40,787 bases of DNA from a virus. Its lineage: Duplodnaviria > Caudoviricetes. This document shows positions 1-8,231 of this stretch, one piece after another. The number at the start of each line of letters is the position of its first letter. The first letter of the stretch is position 1. A program made the position numbers and the translations under genes. The notes under the pieces were generated by a model. That model was not told the DNA's origin. It searched no databases and saw only the letters and a program-made list of their open reading frames with translations. The stretch lies in the IMG/VR virus record IMGVR_UViG_3300032225_002143, positions 1 through 40,787 of that record; one strand, written 5' to 3'.

Positions 1-194
1 TCTGCTCCCACGCTAATCGCGGTCCATCGATGGGGCGTGGTTGGCGTAAAAAAAGCTATATGTATTATCAACACGCAAACAACTCTACACCATCGACAGT
101 ATATACACATATACTCCAATTCGCAAACGCAATTTCCGAAATAACCCCTTCGTAATAACTTTGCAAAACCCCAAAATCTCCTCTTAAACGCCTT

Positions 195-226
195 TTTGCT
201 ACGGCAGGACTATATACTTATATTCA
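195..226 (+). promoter_or_regulatory. Bacteroidetes-type sigma70 promoter (-33 TTTG / -7 TAnnTT)
   Basis: TTTG(195-198)-N20-TATATTCA(219-226), just upstream of ATG 231. Shares TTTGCTACGGCAG with the promoter at 19806. Confidence 0.6.
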
Positions 227-230
227 CTAT

Positions 231-464
231 ATGACACCAGCAGACAAAGCAAAACAATTAGTACATAGATTCTACTTTTCACTACCAAACAATGGTGGTT
301 TTACCGGTCCATGTAATATTAATGATAGATGGGAAGAAGGAAAGAAATGTGCTTTAATAGCAGTGGATGAAATAATTGATGCTATTGATTGGCATGAACA
401 TAAAACACCCAATAAAGAATTAAATTATTGGTTAGATGTACGTAAAGAAATAAATAAAATATGA
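231..464 (+). CDS. hypothetical phage protein
   Basis: 77-aa ORF after a host-type promoter; its stop overlaps the next ATG (ATGA). Confidence 0.75.
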   Translation: MTPADKAKQLVHRFYFSLPNNGGFTGPCNINDRWEEGKKCALIAVDEIIDAIDWHEHKTPNKELNYWLDVRKEINKI

Positions 465-625
465 ACATAGAATTTCAAAACAGATGGAACAAACCAGGAT
501 TTAATCTAATAGAGATAAATCTAATGAAAATTGGTAACGATACAAGAGGTTACAGATACACATTATTCTTTTATATATTGAATTTTGGGTTAATTTATAA
601 AACAAAAGTTAAATGGAGAAAATAG
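461..625 (+). CDS. small hypothetical protein (54 aa, not in ORF track)
   Basis: ATG 461 overlaps the previous stop; translates MNIEFQNRWNKPG...KVKWRK, ends TAG 623-625 and fills the gap between ORFs. Confidence 0.6.
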   Translation: MNIEFQNRWNKPGFNLIEINLMKIGNDTRGYRYTLFFYILNFGLIYKTKVKWRK

Positions 626-918
626 TATTAATATTAAGCCAAATATTCATGTATGTTGGTTTTTTAGTTTTATTATATATTGTATATAGGGTTAAAAACC
701 TTAAAATACAAGTACCGCTTGATGTAAGTAAACCAAATCAAACTACATCAATACCACTATTTATTCCAGATAAACATAAAGATAAGTATGAATATCTTAG
801 TATTAATATAATTCACAGTCATGAAGAGGATGCTAAACAACTAAGTGAATTAGGTAAAGATGGCTGGGAATTAACAATTGCTATCAATGATAGGTATATT
901 CTTAAAAGACATAAATAA
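613..918 (+). CDS. membrane-anchored protein with DUF4177-like C-terminus
   Basis: N-terminal hydrophobic helix; C-terminal LSELGKDGWEL resembles the DUF4177 signature. Confidence 0.6.
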   Translation: MEKIVLILSQIFMYVGFLVLLYIVYRVKNLKIQVPLDVSKPNQTTSIPLFIPDKHKDKYEYLSINIIHSHEEDAKQLSELGKDGWELTIAINDRYILKRHK

Positions 919-921
919 TAT

Positions 922-1155
922 ATGAATAAATTTATAACACTAACCAAACCATCAAACGTAGAAATACGTATACAGCCGATGCTAATAACAGCAATGGAAG
1001 TACTTAATTCACTTAATCCATACGAAGCTAAAACAACAATATATATGATGGGTAGTGGTTTATGGCACGTAATGGAAAATGTAGATGAAATACAAAAACT
1101 AATCGACAAATCAAACAATACAACATTAACAACATGGGAAACAGGCCCAAGATAA
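922..1155 (+). CDS. FlbD/SwrD-like small protein
   Basis: FITLT..I.I.P..I..ME...T.I...V.ENVDEI pattern typical of the FlbD family. Confidence 0.5.
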   Translation: MNKFITLTKPSNVEIRIQPMLITAMEVLNSLNPYEAKTTIYMMGSGLWHVMENVDEIQKLIDKSNNTTLTTWETGPR

Positions 1156-1160
1156 AATAT

Positions 1161-1307
1161 ATGTATATGTTAAAGAAAATTAAGCAATATTTTTGCAAAC
1201 ACAAATGGAATAATCTATATGTTTACGGAATATTCTCATTATACCAATGCGAGAAGTGTGAAAAAACCAAAAATGATTGGACTCTCCTACCTAAACATTC
1301 AAAATAA
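1161..1307 (+). CDS. small zinc-finger protein (48 aa, DUF1660-like; not in ORF track)
   Basis: MYMLKKIKQYFCKHKW...QCEKCEKTK...; CxH/CxxC ligands; TAATG coupling to ORF 1307. Confidence 0.65.
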   Translation: MYMLKKIKQYFCKHKWNNLYVYGIFSLYQCEKCEKTKNDWTLLPKHSK

Positions 1308-1501
1308 TGAAACCATTAGATATATTACTAACAAAGGAAGCATTCAATGACTATGCTACGCGTTTACGCGAAGAACAAGCGCGCAAATACGGTATGACAC
1401 TGGAACAATGGGATACTGCTATATTGAGTGGCGCAACAGTTAGCCCTAATACCCAGCTATCTTCATCATGGAATGGTCCCACATCATCATTTAACGGATA
1501 A
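1307..1501 (+). CDS. hypothetical protein
   Basis: 64-aa ORF translationally coupled to the upstream ORF. Confidence 0.65.
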   Translation: MKPLDILLTKEAFNDYATRLREEQARKYGMTLEQWDTAILSGATVSPNTQLSSSWNGPTSSFNG

Positions 1502-1511
1502 ATAATAAGTT

Positions 1512-1994
1512 ATGAGCATGAAACATGTCACTCCAGATGAATCACATTATTATATTAAGTTAAAACCGCATCAAACTCGCAAAGCTGATGCGTTTACTTT
1601 GATTAAAGAAGAAGACGGATGGGAGTCCGTAGTTTATTTAGCTAACGCTGTTTTAGACCCTTCTGGCGCTGTTAGAGCATCTGAGTATGTGTATGTGCTC
1701 GTTAACAAAAGCGTACCTAATATGGTTAAGATTGGTATGACTAAATCTACACCTGATGAACGTGCTCGTCAAGTTTCCGCGGCGACAGGCGTTCCTACGC
1801 CTTGGATATCTGTATTTTCGTATGCTTGTTATCGCTCTGATTTGTTGGAAGAGGAAATACATGAACATTTAAAAGATTGTCGCGTCAATACACACCGCGA
1901 AATGTTTGCTATTGATTCGCATACTGCACAACGCGTCATTGAGGAACTGGGATATAAGTATTCTACTGCGATGTGGGACCATAGCGGCAAGTAA
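1512..1994 (+). CDS. T5orf172-domain (GIY-YIG superfamily) protein
   Basis: YVYVLVN..VKIGMT...ERARQVSAATGVPTPW...EEEIHEHL...REMF motif set. Confidence 0.85.
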   Translation: MSMKHVTPDESHYYIKLKPHQTRKADAFTLIKEEDGWESVVYLANAVLDPSGAVRASEYVYVLVNKSVPNMVKIGMTKSTPDERARQVSAATGVPTPWISVFSYACYRSDLLEEEIHEHLKDCRVNTHREMFAIDSHTAQRVIEELGYKYSTAMWDHSGK

Positions 1995-2001
1995 CCTTCC
2001 A

Positions 2002-2009
2002 ATATTTAT
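2002..2009 (+). promoter_or_regulatory. putative late promoter ATATTTAT
   Basis: Copy of the recurring intergenic motif; ATATTTATTAATAG is identical at 2310. Confidence 0.5.
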
Positions 2010-2017
2010 TAATAGAT

Positions 2018-2048
2018 GTTGGAGGGCAGAATTCTGCTTGTATCTTCA
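2018..2048 (+). promoter_or_regulatory. host-type promoter
   Basis: GTTG-N19-TATCTTCA upstream of ORF 2088. Confidence 0.4.
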
Positions 2049-2087
2049 TGATGTAAATGATTTGATAAATAATTAAAACTTAAAGTC

Positions 2088-2288
2088 ATGAAAAATTTAA
2101 AAACAAAAAGAAATATTTTAATGCTAATTGGTGGTATTATTATTGCTTCAATTCAGTTGGGATGTATTTTATTAGCAGGAAAGATGGATGCTATTAATGT
2201 TATTTCTTTTACTATTATTCAATACATGTATATGGACTTGGTTAAGGCTACTTTTGATATTAAAATGGAGGAAGCTGCTAAAAAATAG
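2088..2288 (+). CDS. small membrane protein
   Basis: 66 aa with two hydrophobic segments. Confidence 0.65.
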   Translation: MKNLKTKRNILMLIGGIIIASIQLGCILLAGKMDAINVISFTIIQYMYMDLVKATFDIKMEEAAKK

Positions 2289-2309
2289 TTAGGGAATATT
2301 ATTTTGTAT

Positions 2310-2317
2310 ATATTTAT
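2310..2317 (+). promoter_or_regulatory. putative late promoter ATATTTAT
   Basis: Motif just upstream of ATG 2326. Confidence 0.6.
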
Positions 2318-2325
2318 TAATAGTC

Positions 2326-2838
2326 ATGAGTGATTACAAAATAAAACTTGAAGATAAAGCTGCTTTTATAAACCGTTTAGACAAGCAAGGAATTGAAGTC
2401 GACAGTTATAAAATTATAGATAATAAACTTAAAGGATATTTTGAATTTTTAACAACTGACCCTATTACAGATAGTATTGTAAAAACAATTTTAAAACAAA
2501 GTCCAAAAATAAACAAACTTAAAGAAATGGCAAATTTAACTAAAAGTCAATTAGCAGAAATAATTCGCGAAGAATTGGCAGCAATGAAGGGAGAAAAAAA
2601 AGAAAAAAAATCTCCATTAAATGAAATTAACTGGGATATTTTAGGCCCTGCATTAGGTGTTACTTTACCAGGTATGGCAGCTGCTTTTGCTGCTATTAAA
2701 TCAAGTTTATCTGCAGCTAAAAAACAACTACAAGGTCAAACAAACCCTAAAACTGGAAAACCTTATACTGATGAAGAAATTAAAGCAGGTGTAATGAGAG
2801 GATTGGTTGATAAGATGCAAGAATTTGGTGATAATTAA
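2326..2838 (+). CDS. hypothetical late protein with internal LTKSQLAEIIREEL motif and LxE sites
   Basis: 170 aa; LKE and LNE motifs; hydrophobic segment after LNE; preceded by ATATTTAT. Confidence 0.7.
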   Translation: MSDYKIKLEDKAAFINRLDKQGIEVDSYKIIDNKLKGYFEFLTTDPITDSIVKTILKQSPKINKLKEMANLTKSQLAEIIREELAAMKGEKKEKKSPLNEINWDILGPALGVTLPGMAAAFAAIKSSLSAAKKQLQGQTNPKTGKPYTDEEIKAGVMRGLVDKMQEFGDN

Positions 2839-2860
2839 TTAATTTTTACTTTATAATATA

Positions 2861-2891
2861 AAGGGTGACTCTATAAGAGTTGCCCTTTTTT
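2861..2891 (+). terminator. rho-independent terminator
   Basis: GGGTGACTCT-ATA-AGAGTTGCCC stem (two G-U pairs) followed by a T run. Confidence 0.8.
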
Positions 2892-2892
2892 C

Positions 2893-2924
2893 TTTGGAAT
2901 TATAAAATTTTTTCCGTAACTTCA
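2893..2924 (+). promoter_or_regulatory. host-type promoter upstream of a purine-rich non-coding tract
   Basis: TTTG-N20-TAACTTCA. Confidence 0.5.
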
Positions 2925-2997
2925 TCCTACGAGCGGTTTGAAAGGTTGGATGGGGAAAGGAAAAAGATAAAAGGAATAAGGGAACGGGGAGGTTCGT

Positions 2998-3005
2998 ATA
3001 TTTAT
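2998..3005 (+). promoter_or_regulatory. putative late promoter ATATTTAT
   Basis: Motif upstream of ATG 3021. Confidence 0.6.
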
Positions 3006-3020
3006 ATGTAAATATATATT

Positions 3021-3221
3021 ATGAGATACAAAAACAATGTGTTAGAAAAATTAAATCAAGCAGATTCATTAGTTAATCGTTTAGCGGTTCAATTAAATAG
3101 AAATGTTGATAGAGATGAATCATTAGAAACTCTTACAACATTAAAAGAACAAATTGAATCAACTCGTGAAATGATTTCTATCGAATCAGATGAGTTTGAA
3201 CAACAATTTAGACCACAATAA
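3021..3221 (+). CDS. hypothetical helical protein
   Basis: 66-aa ORF after the late motif. Confidence 0.7.
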   Translation: MRYKNNVLEKLNQADSLVNRLAVQLNRNVDRDESLETLTTLKEQIESTREMISIESDEFEQQFRPQ

Positions 3222-3227
3222 TAATTT

Positions 3228-3506
3228 ATGCAAACAGTTTTATGGGTTATATTAGTTCATATTATTGAAGTAATCGGTATTGCAGGTTATTTAATAATTA
3301 GAAAAAATAATAAATTAGAGAAAATTATTAATGATCAACAACAGTATATTGATGCTATTAGTATTATAATTGAAAATTCAAATAATAGTATTAGACAATT
3401 AGATACTCGTGGGGCTTTTGAAGCAGATGATGAAGTTGGTACTTTTTTCCAAAACTTAAAGGAAATACAAGAAGTTTTAAATCAATTTAATACTCGTAAA
3501 AACTAG
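3228..3506 (+). CDS. membrane-anchored coiled-coil protein
   Basis: N-terminal TM helix, then heptad-like segment and FEADDEVGTFF. Confidence 0.7.
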   Translation: MQTVLWVILVHIIEVIGIAGYLIIRKNNKLEKIINDQQQYIDAISIIIENSNNSIRQLDTRGAFEADDEVGTFFQNLKEIQEVLNQFNTRKN

Positions 3507-3538
3507 TTTGGTTTCGATATTTTCTGTTATTATATTAT
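3507..3538 (+). promoter_or_regulatory. host-type promoter for the sigma gene
   Basis: TTTG(3507-3510)-N20-TATATTAT(3531-3538). Confidence 0.45.
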
Positions 3539-3559
3539 TGATAAACATTAAATATCATT

Positions 3560-4339
3560 ATGTCAACTTACTACGAAGAAGATAACCTCGATATATTTTT
3601 AGAGGATAAATCTATTGCACTTAATAAACGAGGCCAACCGCGTAAACGCAAACCTAAAGAACCTCGTATTTACTTTACTACTGATACTGAAGAGGCTATT
3701 ATGGAATATCTAGCATCTACAGATCAGGATTTCCGTAATCGTCTCTACCAGGATCGCATTGAATATGCCTTTTATAAATTGGCTGAAAATATTATTCATA
3801 CATTTAAATTCTATTATACTGATTCAGATACAGTTGAAGAATTAAAACATGAGGTTGTAACATTTTTACTTGAAAAACTCCATCTATACGACCAATCTAA
3901 AGGTAAAGCATTCTCTTATTTCGGTACTATTGCTAAACGTTATCTTATAGTTTATAATAATAATAATTATAAAAAATTACAAGAGAAAGCTACAATAGAA
4001 GAAATAGATGAAGATAAAGGAATTTTATATGAAACTCTTAGAGAAGCAGATGAACAAATCAATCCAGATACTTTTATTGATCAATATATAAGATATATTG
4101 ATAAACATCTTTATAATTTATTTCCCAAAACAAATGATGCTCGTACTGCAGATGCTATATTAGAATTATTTCGTAAACGTGAAACGTTAGAAATATTTAA
4201 TAAAAAAGCACTATACATTTATATTCGTGAAATGACGGATACATCAACCCCACATATTACTAAAATTACTAAAAAATTAGATGTATTACGTACACGTCTA
4301 TTCAATGAATACTATCAGCACGGGTATATAAAGATCTAA
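3560..4339 (+). CDS. phage RNA polymerase sigma factor (T4 gp55-like late sigma)
   Basis: Sigma region-2-like segment FYKLAENII...ELKHEVVTFLLEKLHLYDQSKGKAFSYFGTIAKRYL. Confidence 0.75.
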   Translation: MSTYYEEDNLDIFLEDKSIALNKRGQPRKRKPKEPRIYFTTDTEEAIMEYLASTDQDFRNRLYQDRIEYAFYKLAENIIHTFKFYYTDSDTVEELKHEVVTFLLEKLHLYDQSKGKAFSYFGTIAKRYLIVYNNNNYKKLQEKATIEEIDEDKGILYETLREADEQINPDTFIDQYIRYIDKHLYNLFPKTNDARTADAILELFRKRETLEIFNKKALYIYIREMTDTSTPHITKITKKLDVLRTRLFNEYYQHGYIKI

Positions 4340-4345
4340 GTATAC

Positions 4346-4353
4346 ATATTTAT
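4346..4353 (+). promoter_or_regulatory. putative late promoter ATATTTAT
   Basis: Intergenic, at the start of the structural module. Confidence 0.65.
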
Positions 4354-4368
4354 TAATAAACATAAGCT

Positions 4369-4761
4369 ATGGCTAACTTTGACGACATAACTCTATTTGG
4401 TAGTACGTCATTATCCGATATATTTAAACAAATTCACCGTAATAATAAGGATACTGATAAACAGATTAATGAACTCATTGATGCTCTTAAACCACTTGCA
4501 TCATCTAATGCCGGTTCTGCAGTGATGCTTATGCCTACTGTTAAAGATTTAATTGATGTTAATGTAAAAAATAATGAACAATTAATTAAAATGGCAGGTA
4601 TTGCCCAACGAGCTGCTACATCTAATCCAAATCCAGTAACAGATTTTATCAATCCGGATGAAATTCAACAATTACTTGAAGAACAACGTGCTGTTCAAGT
4701 AGAGGGACAAAAATTAATACAACAAACAGAGACTATCCAGCATCAAATTGAGAATAAATGA
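4369..4761 (+). CDS. conserved-looking helical late protein, function unknown
   Basis: 130 aa, all-helical character; ATGA overlap with the next gene. Confidence 0.7.
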   Translation: MANFDDITLFGSTSLSDIFKQIHRNNKDTDKQINELIDALKPLASSNAGSAVMLMPTVKDLIDVNVKNNEQLIKMAGIAQRAATSNPNPVTDFINPDEIQQLLEEQRAVQVEGQKLIQQTETIQHQIENK

Positions 4762-5942
4762 AGATAAAAACTAACCTAAGTAGTATAGTATCATCAGCCA
4801 ATAAAAATAGTGGTGGTGGTGGTGGTTCTAGACCTCAAATAGGTAAAGTTTTTGGTGTTATAACTACTAAAGATACTCCTACAAAAGAATTATTTGAAAA
4901 AAATAAAGGATGGAATGGAATAGGAACAATATTTTATCTACCATATGACCAATCAAAATACTATGAAAATGTAAGAATAGAAGATTGTCAAATAGCAACT
5001 CCTTTAGATTCTAATTTTAAAAAATATCCTTTAGTAGGTGAATTGGTATTTTTAATAGATGGACCTTCCCCTGTTAGCCAAGTAACAAACCAAGCATTTC
5101 AGAAATATTATGTTAATGTTTTGAATGTTTGGAATAATATTCAACAAAATTCTCCTTTTGGTAAATTTTTAGGAAAAACATTTGTTGAAAGTGTTGATAT
5201 AAGAAATTTAACTCCTTTTGAAGGTGATGTTATAATACAAGGAAGAAAAGGAAATGGGATTAGATTTGGTACTACTGTTAAAAATTTTTCTACCACTAAT
5301 GAATGGAGTAGTATAGGTAATGATGGAGATCCTATTACTATAATAGTAAATGGATATGTCACATCAAAACCATCAGAAGCAACTCCTAATATTGAAGAAA
5401 TAAATAAAGAAAAGTCATCTATATACATGACTTCTACCCAAAAATTACCTTTAATTCCGGGTGCTCTTATTAAAAATCCTTTTAATACTTCTGTAGATCC
5501 TAAAAATTATACTAACCCTCAGATAATATTAAATAGTGACAGAATTACTTTTAATTCTAGAAAAGATGAAATATTATTATTTTCTAAATCTAATATAGAA
5601 TTAAGTACAGACAATATAATTAATCTAAATGCAGGTGAATTAATTCATCTTAATATAGATTATAAAAATAAAAATTCTAAAATATTATTAGGAACAGGTA
5701 ATAATGGAGTTATTCCTTCTGAACCTGTTTTATTAGGAGGAAAAACACATGATTTATTATTAGAAATGCTTAATGCTTTAACAACATTAGCTGGATTTTT
5801 ATCATCAGCTACTGTACCTACTCCAGAAGGAGCCGTAGCTATACCTAATTGTAATCTGGGAGGTGAACAATTATTTAATGATGTTTCTGGATTAATAGAT
5901 AAATTATCAACAATAACTTCTGAAAAAGTATATACTATATAA
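4758..5942 (+). CDS. baseplate hub/spike protein (gp5/VgrG-like OB-fold plus beta-rich region)
   Basis: YPLVGELVFL OB-fold-type motif; PFEGDVIIQGR..IRFG; beta-rich C-terminus; next to gp25/gp6-like genes. Confidence 0.6.
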   Translation: MKIKTNLSSIVSSANKNSGGGGGSRPQIGKVFGVITTKDTPTKELFEKNKGWNGIGTIFYLPYDQSKYYENVRIEDCQIATPLDSNFKKYPLVGELVFLIDGPSPVSQVTNQAFQKYYVNVLNVWNNIQQNSPFGKFLGKTFVESVDIRNLTPFEGDVIIQGRKGNGIRFGTTVKNFSTTNEWSSIGNDGDPITIIVNGYVTSKPSEATPNIEEINKEKSSIYMTSTQKLPLIPGALIKNPFNTSVDPKNYTNPQIILNSDRITFNSRKDEILLFSKSNIELSTDNIINLNAGELIHLNIDYKNKNSKILLGTGNNGVIPSEPVLLGGKTHDLLLEMLNALTTLAGFLSSATVPTPEGAVAIPNCNLGGEQLFNDVSGLIDKLSTITSEKVYTI

Positions 5943-7423
5943 TGCCTGATCAAATACCAGCTATAAATAATCAAAATACGGGATCAGTTCAAACTATTCC
6001 AGGAGTTACTGTATATAGTACAGCTAACCCTCAATCCCAAGTTTCTTCTAGTTCAAATGTTTCTTCAGGATTTAATGTAGCATCCCTAATCAATCCAGGT
6101 ACTATAGCAACATTACAATCATTAAAAGAAAATCCTAAAGCTTTTGGTGATCAATTAAAAGATACTGCTAAGTTTACTATTATTCAAGCTGCATCTGAAT
6201 CTACTTTAGCTAAATTACTTAAAGAAAAAGCAGAATTAATTAAACAAGGAATTGAATTAGATGTTAATCATCAATTAACTCTTGCTAAATTAGAATTAAG
6301 ACATACTCCTAAAAAACAATATGTAAATGGAGTAGTACAAGATATTCCACCTGAATTAAGTGATGAGGAATATCAAAAAGCAGTTGAAGCTGAGAATAAA
6401 AATTATGAAGAAGCAAAGAAAATTTTACAAGAAAAGAAAGATAAAAATAAAAAAGATTTAGATACTTATTTAAAAGATCCTTTTAAAGATATAAAAGAAA
6501 AAAATAATAAACGTAAAGAGGCAAGAGTAAAACGTAAAAGTAGAACTCAAGCAGAAAAAACAAAAGCTAGAAAAGAAAAAACAAAAGCAGTTTTACAAAA
6601 TGTAAAAAAAACTCTTGGTCCTATTTTAACTCTTCTTATTACTAATAAAATAGCTGAAATTGTAGCTCAAAATGATAAAATAAAAAAATTAGTAGATACT
6701 ACTAATGCTATAATAACTGACGCTAACCAATCAGGAAATCCTCTGAAATTATCTAATGCTAAAATAGCTAGGGATAATGCTATTAAAATAATAAATGATA
6801 ATGAAACTAAAATACAAAAAGTAGCAGAAACAATAAATAGAATATCAGTATATATTAATATTTTTAGTTTAATTGTATCTATAATATCTTCTATTCCTAT
6901 TCCAACAGCAGTACCACCAGGTATAGGTATTCCTGTTAATTTAATAATGAAATTTGTTAAAATACTAGATAAAGCAAATCGTATACTCCTAATGTTAAGT
7001 TCACTAATACCAGTAACATTAAATATACTTCAGAGTGCTATTGCTATTTTAGAAGATCTTAAATCTCAATTATTAGATATAAATGGAAAATTAGATAAAG
7101 CAGCAGTAAGCAATCAGGGTTCAGTATTATTAACTAATTTAGGATCTAATTCTAACCCTAATTCTACTACACCTCCATCTACTATTCCAATAGGAATATA
7201 TCAAATTAATAGTATTCCTGTTACTTATAAAGATTTTAAATTTGCTATACGTGAAGAAAATGATCCTAAATTTATAGTTAAAGGATATAAACGCCACTAT
7301 GCCGTGGCTATTAATACCAATAATGTAGAAGTAATTAAAAGTGATTATTCATTTACATTAGATCCAAATGATTTAATAGAACAATTAAAAATAGTAATAG
7401 ATCAACAAAATTTAATAGCTTAA
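5942..7423 (+). CDS. coiled-coil protein with hydrophobic hairpin (baseplate/tail-associated)
   Basis: Lys/Glu-rich coiled coil, hydrophobic IFSLIVSIISSIPIPTAVPPGIGIP segment; located in the baseplate operon. Confidence 0.55.
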   Translation: MPDQIPAINNQNTGSVQTIPGVTVYSTANPQSQVSSSSNVSSGFNVASLINPGTIATLQSLKENPKAFGDQLKDTAKFTIIQAASESTLAKLLKEKAELIKQGIELDVNHQLTLAKLELRHTPKKQYVNGVVQDIPPELSDEEYQKAVEAENKNYEEAKKILQEKKDKNKKDLDTYLKDPFKDIKEKNNKRKEARVKRKSRTQAEKTKARKEKTKAVLQNVKKTLGPILTLLITNKIAEIVAQNDKIKKLVDTTNAIITDANQSGNPLKLSNAKIARDNAIKIINDNETKIQKVAETINRISVYINIFSLIVSIISSIPIPTAVPPGIGIPVNLIMKFVKILDKANRILLMLSSLIPVTLNILQSAIAILEDLKSQLLDINGKLDKAAVSNQGSVLLTNLGSNSNPNSTTPPSTIPIGIYQINSIPVTYKDFKFAIREENDPKFIVKGYKRHYAVAINTNNVEVIKSDYSFTLDPNDLIEQLKIVIDQQNLIA

Positions 7424-7431
7424 ATATTTAT
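7424..7431 (+). promoter_or_regulatory. putative late promoter ATATTTAT
   Basis: Intergenic copy before ORF 7436. Confidence 0.6.
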
Positions 7432-7435
7432 TTAT

Positions 7436-7801
7436 ATGAATGTAAAATTATTCAAAAAACTTATTAGAGAAGCAGTAATTGAGGCTATTCATGAAGAATT
7501 ACCTGAAATTATTAATGAAGCATTATCTAAACAAAACAAACAATCACTACGTGAAAATAAATCATTTAATTTTACTAGTGCCGATGTAGCTCCATTACCC
7601 GGGGATGTACGTAGTTCATTAATGGCTAAAATGGGAGCTGAATTTGGTTTTCAACAACCTCAACGTACTGATTTAAAAGTCATTGATGCTGTTAATGAAA
7701 CTACAGGTGAAAAAGTTAATCCATACTTAGCATTTATCAATGATTCCGCAGTTAATATGACACCAATGGATAAATCAGGGTTGAGAAATTTAGATATGTA
7801 A
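7436..7801 (+). CDS. hypothetical late protein with KKLIREAV..EEL leader
   Basis: Leader resembles those of ORFs 35905 and 38457; INE and LRE motifs. Confidence 0.7.
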   Translation: MNVKLFKKLIREAVIEAIHEELPEIINEALSKQNKQSLRENKSFNFTSADVAPLPGDVRSSLMAKMGAEFGFQQPQRTDLKVIDAVNETTGEKVNPYLAFINDSAVNMTPMDKSGLRNLDM

Positions 7802-7802
7802 T

Positions 7803-8228
7803 ATGCCTATACCTCAAACAATACGAATTAATCCCTTAGATTTGCAAAAAAATATTGCAATTGGGGTATCTCTTCCTTTTGATGGTGAAATGGGTCCTTT
7901 TAATAGTACTTATAGTACTCAGGAACAAATTAAATCTAATTTAATTAATTTATTATTAACAGCAAAGGGAGAAAGAGTATTTAATCCTGAATTTGGTTCA
8001 GATTTAAAAAAAATAGTATTTGAACAGCTTCCTTTAAATACCCAACAAGAAGCAAAGAATATTATTAGTAATATAATAATAAGAGATATTACTGCTTTTA
8101 TTCCACAAATAGATAATGTAATAGTAGATATTAATTCTGATCCTGATACTAATTCAATATCAATTACAGTTTCATACAACTTAAAGCTATCAGGTAATTC
8201 AGATCAAATAACAGTAGAATTTATATAA
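7803..8228 (+). CDS. baseplate wedge subunit, gp25/GpW-like
   Basis: QIKSNLINLLLTAKGERVFNPEFGSDL is the gp25-family signature. Confidence 0.9.
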   Translation: MPIPQTIRINPLDLQKNIAIGVSLPFDGEMGPFNSTYSTQEQIKSNLINLLLTAKGERVFNPEFGSDLKKIVFEQLPLNTQQEAKNIISNIIIRDITAFIPQIDNVIVDINSDPDTNSISITVSYNLKLSGNSDQITVEFI

Positions 8229-8231
8229 AAA

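Noticed and set aside
4369-4761. Terminase small subunit assignment
   Set aside because: Size and helicity fit, but no diagnostic motif is recognisable and the gene is far from terL.
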